A program made the position numbers and the translations under genes. From positions 1 through 64,000 of the IMG/VR virus record IMGVR_UViG_3300024239_000013: a stretch of 64,000 nucleotides of DNA; one strand, given 5' to 3'. Within the stretch, counting starts at the first letter, position 1; each line of letters begins with the position of its first letter. Of the stretch, positions 59,372-64,000 are shown piece by piece. Under the pieces are notes generated by a model, which was given only the letters and a program-made list of their open reading frames with translations, ran no database searches and was not told the DNA's origin.

Positions 59372-59944
59372 ATGTTAAATTTAAAAACTTTCGCTCTTTT
59401 TGAATCAAATAATTATAACTTTACTCTAGAAGATGTAAGAAAACTACCACTATATTCACGTTTAGTTAAAATGGGATTTGAAGACACCACCACTGATAGA
59501 ATATGGAATAATGGGAATATGAGATTTTATAATTATCAACTAAGAATGACTAATCCTGAATATTCACTAACCATATATGGTAATGGACCGATCAGAAAAA
59601 CGACTATGGGCAATCCTTATATTCTTAAAAGATTTCCTGAAATAAAAAGTTTGGAAGATTTTAATCTAAGATTCTATTATGTGATGAAATGGGGTAAAAA
59701 ACTTTATAAAAAAATTCATAAAAAAGAAATTGATTTTCAATTATCACCAGACGAGAAAAAATCAATTACCAAGGTTCTAGTAGATATATATAAAGAAATA
59801 GGAGCTATTCCATTTTTACCCACTTATAATTCTTTATCTGATGATGAAAAGGATGATTTTTTAAAGGAAATAAATCAAACAAAAGAAAGATTTGAAAAAA
59901 ATATAAAAAGTTATTTAAGAATTAGAAAAATAGCTTTTCTATAA
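59372..59944 (+). CDS. Hypothetical protein with CTS-like N-terminus (MLNLKTFALFES)
   Basis: Start re-called; AATATATA box upstream. Confidence 0.75.
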   Translation: MLNLKTFALFESNNYNFTLEDVRKLPLYSRLVKMGFEDTTTDRIWNNGNMRFYNYQLRMTNPEYSLTIYGNGPIRKTTMGNPYILKRFPEIKSLEDFNLRFYYVMKWGKKLYKKIHKKEIDFQLSPDEKKSITKVLVDIYKEIGAIPFLPTYNSLSDDEKDDFLKEINQTKERFEKNIKSYLRIRKIAFL

Positions 59945-60009
59945 AATAATATAATTGAATAAAAAAATAGCCATAATTTACTGTGGCTATTTTTTTAATA
60001 ATTTTTATA

Positions 60010-61197
60010 TTATCTTCTTTTTCCGAAAATTGGATCATTATTTCCTTCTATGTCATTATATATTGCCCAATAACAAATTCCCACTGTTATCACCAGGGTG
60101 AAAAAGAAAGTAACCCAAATTGCCCAATTTGGTGGGTCTACAGTGATGTAAGAAAATTCCTTAAAATCCCTTCTAGTGTAAGATTTTTCTACGTTATTCT
60201 TAATAGATTTTCCAATAATATCGACATTGAATCTAGGATTTTTCATTAAATCTTCTCTTATATCAGGTATAATCTTACTTGTTTTTGACCAAGAAAATGG
60301 CTTAACCCATTGAATATCCTTAGTTTTACTACTAAGACCTATACAAACAATAACTTCGTTATCATTCCCTCCTTTCCAATAAGCTTCCTGCATATTGGCA
60401 GATAGAATAGACCTATCGACAAAGAATAGAACATATATTCTGGCGTGCTTATTAACCCCAAGATAACCATTTAGGAATTTATTCCACTGTTTAAGTTTTT
60501 CTATTTCAGAATTATGTATCCATTTAATTTTTTCTGCACCTAAAACAGTTTCCTGCATAATACCTTCTATCTTAGGATAGTTATAAAGGTCATAATTCTT
60601 AACATCTTCATCGGTTACTTTTATGAAATCAAATGATGAATGTGCTGCCTGTACTCTGTTTTCGTACCAGTGGTCTGTTGTAGTAGATTCAGCAGACATA
60701 GGATCACCGTCCCATTTTATACTGTACATGTCTCCATCTTTACCACAGCTATATGTATAATCTATATCTCTATTTAGCTCAACAAACTTTGGTTTATCTT
60801 TCCATTTTTCCATTAAAAAATTGTAAAATTCTCTAGAGATTTCAAATTCCTGACCCAAAGAATTTAGAACCGTCCATCTTTCTCTATTATAGTCACAATA
60901 TGAACAATCGTATGTAACTGTGGTCGTACAATTTTTTCCGCAGCTAACTGTTCGAGTACATGTTCTATGAACGTAAGTCTCCCATGGTTCATAATATCTA
61001 GCCTCTATTATGATTGCCCCGTGATATTCGGTGTCATTTACCTGTATCTTCTCGACCATTAATTTAAAGCCTAAAATGAAAATTGAACAAATAATAGCTG
61101 GTATTACAACTTCCCACCAAACTAAATTTCTTCTAAACCATTTTAACATTACGAAAGCCCCCAATAAAGGTATTAATAAAGATAACCAAATTGACAT
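60010..61197 (-). CDS. Membrane protein with Cys-rich periplasmic domain (partner of the LemA-like gene)
   Basis: Two N-terminal and one C-terminal TM; YYEPW..., YENRV, W.GGN.NE. Confidence 0.8.
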   Translation of the reverse strand: MSIWLSLLIPLLGAFVMLKWFRRNLVWWEVVIPAIICSIFILGFKLMVEKIQVNDTEYHGAIIIEARYYEPWETYVHRTCTRTVSCGKNCTTTVTYDCSYCDYNRERWTVLNSLGQEFEISREFYNFLMEKWKDKPKFVELNRDIDYTYSCGKDGDMYSIKWDGDPMSAESTTTDHWYENRVQAAHSSFDFIKVTDEDVKNYDLYNYPKIEGIMQETVLGAEKIKWIHNSEIEKLKQWNKFLNGYLGVNKHARIYVLFFVDRSILSANMQEAYWKGGNDNEVIVCIGLSSKTKDIQWVKPFSWSKTSKIIPDIREDLMKNPRFNVDIIGKSIKNNVEKSYTRRDFKEFSYITVDPPNWAIWVTFFFTLVITVGICYWAIYNDIEGNNDPIFGKRR

Positions 61198-61269
61198 ATT
61201 TGTAATTTTTGAAGTTTATAGAAAAAGCCAGCTTTATAACTGGCTTTATTTTATTATTTTATTATTATT

Positions 61270-61827
61270 TTAGAATACGTTTACTTCGTTATCCTTTCCT
61301 GTTTTGATCACGCCGTCCGTTCTATCTGAGGTAATTGGTTTATATTCTAATTTTTTTCTACCCATCATTGTAGATAATATAAAACCAGACGGAAACTTAT
61401 CTAATAAATTGTCATGTTCATAAACAATGCCCTGTATCATTTTTTCCTCCATGAAAAAATCGTTTCTCTGTCCTTCGATGGCTCTACTCAAATCTCCATA
61501 TAAAGCGGATACTGATTCGAAGTTTGCGTTAGGATTGCTCTCCTGAACCCATTTCATAAATAACTGGTCGGAGTCCTTACGTCCTGCCATAATCATATCA
61601 ACGTTTCTTGCGAAAGAACTGTCATTTTTAACAGCAACCTGAGATTTCTGACTAATTGTTTTCCACATCTTGTCATAGAATGCAGTTCTTTCGTCCATTT
61701 TTTGCTTGAATCTATTCCTTAAGTCGACTTCTTGGTTTGATGTTGAGATAAGCCCTGAAATTAACCAGATTAAGATAAATCCTCCAAGTGCTAGACTTGC
61801 ATAGCGAATAATTTGTTTAGTGTCCAT
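61270..61827 (-). CDS. LemA-like membrane-anchored coiled-coil protein
   Basis: N-terminal TM, N.EV.LR, ESNP, FP...I motif. Confidence 0.65.
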   Translation of the reverse strand: MDTKQIIRYASLALGGFILIWLISGLISTSNQEVDLRNRFKQKMDERTAFYDKMWKTISQKSQVAVKNDSSFARNVDMIMAGRKDSDQLFMKWVQESNPNANFESVSALYGDLSRAIEGQRNDFFMEEKMIQGIVYEHDNLLDKFPSGFILSTMMGRKKLEYKPITSDRTDGVIKTGKDNEVNVF

Positions 61828-61955
61828 TCTTTAAAAATTTTTATTTTATATTTATAAAGGCAAATTTATATTAAAATAACGAAAGAAAAAAATAATTCAT
61901 CGAAATTATTTTAAAAAATTGCAATATAATTAACATCACTTTAAATTTATAAAGA

Positions 61956-62525
61956 ATGTCAAAGTTAGTTTCAGTAATGGGTGCTCCAAGTTCAGGTAAG
62001 AGTACTTTAGCAACCTCAGTTCATCACGGACTAAAGATAAGAAAAAAGAATTCTGTTTTTGTAGGAGAGGCTGCAACGGACTATATAGCGGAATGGGGAG
62101 TTCCTGACAGTCCAACAGATCAGATAGTTATTTTTTATAAGCAGCTCAGTAGAGAAAATATGTACAAAGATTCCAAGGAATGGGTTATTTGTGACTCTAG
62201 CTCTATATTAAATTATTTCTATTTTAGATCTTTGTTTAATTCTAAATTAAGTTTAAAGGATATTGCGACAATTAATCATATACAGAAGGAAATTCTAAAA
62301 TCCATAAACCAATGGCACAAAATTTATTACGTTCCCCCTTTTTTAGATGACGAAGATCCTGTAGATGGTATAAGATTCCATGATAGAGAGGATATAATTA
62401 AGATAGACGGAATGATTCGAAATTATTTAGATCTGGAAAATATAGAATATACTGATTTGACAAATATACCCATAGATGAAAGGGACCAGTGGGTAATAAA
62501 TGATCTATTAAAATCTAGAAAATAG
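61956..62525 (+). CDS. NadR/AAA_28-type P-loop kinase
   Basis: GAPSSGKST, E.A, ICDSS, DGIR; class II promoter. Confidence 0.8.
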   Translation: MSKLVSVMGAPSSGKSTLATSVHHGLKIRKKNSVFVGEAATDYIAEWGVPDSPTDQIVIFYKQLSRENMYKDSKEWVICDSSSILNYFYFRSLFNSKLSLKDIATINHIQKEILKSINQWHKIYYVPPFLDDEDPVDGIRFHDREDIIKIDGMIRNYLDLENIEYTDLTNIPIDERDQWVINDLLKSRK

Positions 62526-62969
62526 TTATCTTACTGGTATTACAATGTCTGGCGAATTCTTTAAAAAGTATTCGCTATTTTTTATGGCTTTATTTAACGA
62601 AGTTTCTTTTATAGTTTCTCTCCAATTGATTGTTTTATTCTTATTTAAACCAATCTTAAGATTCTTTATACTGGTCCATTTTTCTATATAAGTTGGATCA
62701 TATGGAAGTTTTTTAGATTTCATATTTCCTTCCTCGTCTTTAACTATACCATAAAATTCTGGATATAATGTAGCCATATTAACCGGAATCCCTTCTTTAC
62801 CTCCAACCTTATATCGGGAAAGCTCATTTACACTTTTTACCTGAGCAGCAAAAATGTTACATTTGCCCTCCTTGTTTTTCTTACCTTTTATTAAAAGCCA
62901 TCCACCAAGAGACCATTTTATCCCTTGGTTGTTCCATTGGTTATATTCTAATATATTCTCCATATCCAT
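62526..62969 (-). CDS. Hypothetical protein (MENILEYNQW, weak CTS-like start)
   Basis: 147-aa ORF. Confidence 0.7.
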   Translation of the reverse strand: MDMENILEYNQWNNQGIKWSLGGWLLIKGKKNKEGKCNIFAAQVKSVNELSRYKVGGKEGIPVNMATLYPEFYGIVKDEEGNMKSKKLPYDPTYIEKWTSIKNLKIGLNKNKTINWRETIKETSLNKAIKNSEYFLKNSPDIVIPVR

Positions 62970-63018
62970 ATATATTTAATAAAATATTGGATATATAAAT
63001 AAAATAAGTGAATATGAA

Positions 63019-63282
63019 ATGAAAAAGTTTTTTATAGATTTGTTATCAGGGCAAACTGAGGTGTCAAGTAAGAGATTTGCTGCTCTTTTTGCATTAGTAA
63101 ATTTGGTGATTCTAACTTGGATTGCCACTTTAAATGATGATAATTTAATTACACCTGAATTTATGTTTGATGCATTACTAATGATCGCGGGAGGTGGTTT
63201 CGGTCTAAGCGTTGTGGAAAAAGTTCTGACTACAAAAAATTCTAAAAAAACTGATTCAAACGAACAAAACCCTACAATATGA
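63019..63282 (+). CDS. Holin-like two-TM protein
   Basis: SSKRF + TM + TM + charged tail; GATATATA at 62990. Confidence 0.55.
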   Translation: MKKFFIDLLSGQTEVSSKRFAALFALVNLVILTWIATLNDDNLITPEFMFDALLMIAGGGFGLSVVEKVLTTKNSKKTDSNEQNPTI

Positions 63283-63545
63283 AAAATTTAAAACCGTTTG
63301 AAGATTATAACATTTCGAATTTAGACGAGGCTCTAGAAGAGTCTTCATGTTTAAGCGAGAATGCTAAGAATGAATTGAAAAGAATCTGTGAAGAGTATTT
63401 AGTTAAAGAAGCTATCGATTATGATGAAGATGATTATGATGAGCATACATACGATGGGTATGTAGAAGAGACCGCTAATTATATTAAAGAATGTTTAGGT
63501 AGACCCGGATATTCATCTTTAGATAAACCATACACAACACAATAA
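63279..63545 (+). CDS. Acidic protein with CTS-like N-terminus (MKNLKPFEDY)
   Basis: Shared motif. Confidence 0.75.
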   Translation: MKNLKPFEDYNISNLDEALEESSCLSENAKNELKRICEEYLVKEAIDYDEDDYDEHTYDGYVEETANYIKECLGRPGYSSLDKPYTTQ

Positions 63546-63546
63546 T

Positions 63547-64000
63547 ATGAGTAGATTGGTAAAATTTGATAAATATAAATCAGAAATCAAAGAATCTGAG
63601 GAGGAAGAATTTACATATAGCCTTGATGAAATTTCGGATGCTCTTGATTCAGTGGAAGATGATCTAATTAATTACATAGAAATTCATAATATAGAAATTT
63701 TAGATGTTGACCACGACGAAACTCGCGACGGAGAGGTGGTATTAAAGCCGATAATTGGTGAACATTCTGACCTTGTCTATGACTATAATACAGACCTAAA
63801 TGATTTAATTTTAAAAGAGCTTTCAAAATCAGGTAATGACGGACTTAAACCCCGATTTAATTCTGACGTTATATTTAATGCTATAGATTTAGTTTCTTCT
63901 TACATTGGAAAATATGTAAATGATGTATCGATGGATGATATAGAAATAGAATATGAAACAAGGTCCGGAAATTTTAATGAGATAACTGTAACATTCCTGA
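63547..64000 (+). CDS. Partial acidic protein (MSRLVKFDKYKSEIKES), runs off the window
   Basis: ATG at 63547, frame appears open to the end. Confidence 0.7.
   Translation, partial: MSRLVKFDKYKSEIKESEEEEFTYSLDEISDALDSVEDDLINYIEIHNIEILDVDHDETRDGEVVLKPIIGEHSDLVYDYNTDLNDLILKELSKSGNDGLKPRFNSDVIFNAIDLVSSYIGKYVNDVSMDDIEIEYETRSGNFNEITVTFL

Noticed and set aside
1-64000. Stop-codon recoding (TAG read-through) as in some large phages
   Set aside because: Coding density is high in the standard code, and TAG and TAA alternate at the identical terminal position of LRR paralogues.

Overview
AT-rich, gene-dense segment that looks like a large (jumbo/huge) phage infecting Bacteroidota. It encodes a homologue of the short Bacteroidota-type primary sigma factor, and about 30 promoters carry the Bacteroidota TAnnTTTG-type -7 box. 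Layout: (1) 0.3-8.2 kb: rhomboid protease, a sugar-modification operon (GT2, acetyltransferase, DegT) and the sigma factor. (2) ~10.3-36 kb: a module of small minus-strand genes, most with their own copy of one promoter, enriched in two private DNA motifs and bracketed by two GC-rich, repeat-laden non-coding regions (8.2-10.3 kb and 37.0-38.6 kb). (3) 38.7-48.4 kb: a tandem array of 11 paralogous 21-aa leucine-rich-repeat (LRR) genes with constant caps, 4-8 repeats, hypervariable beta-strand residues and clear DNA mosaicism between paralogues. (4) 48-64 kb: cell-wall hydrolases, M28 peptidase, a LemA-like pair, a kinase, a holin candidate and small genes. Best candidate for a new system: the shuffled, VLR-like LRR repertoire, whose members share with about 15 unrelated proteins an N-terminal peptide resembling the T4 capsid-targeting sequence, so it may be a diversified set of virion-delivered binding proteins. 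Second candidate: three tRNA-Leu-like RNAs whose anticodon/variable region is replaced by unrelated 69-111 nt inserts. All calls and counts are by eye from motifs; no database search was run.
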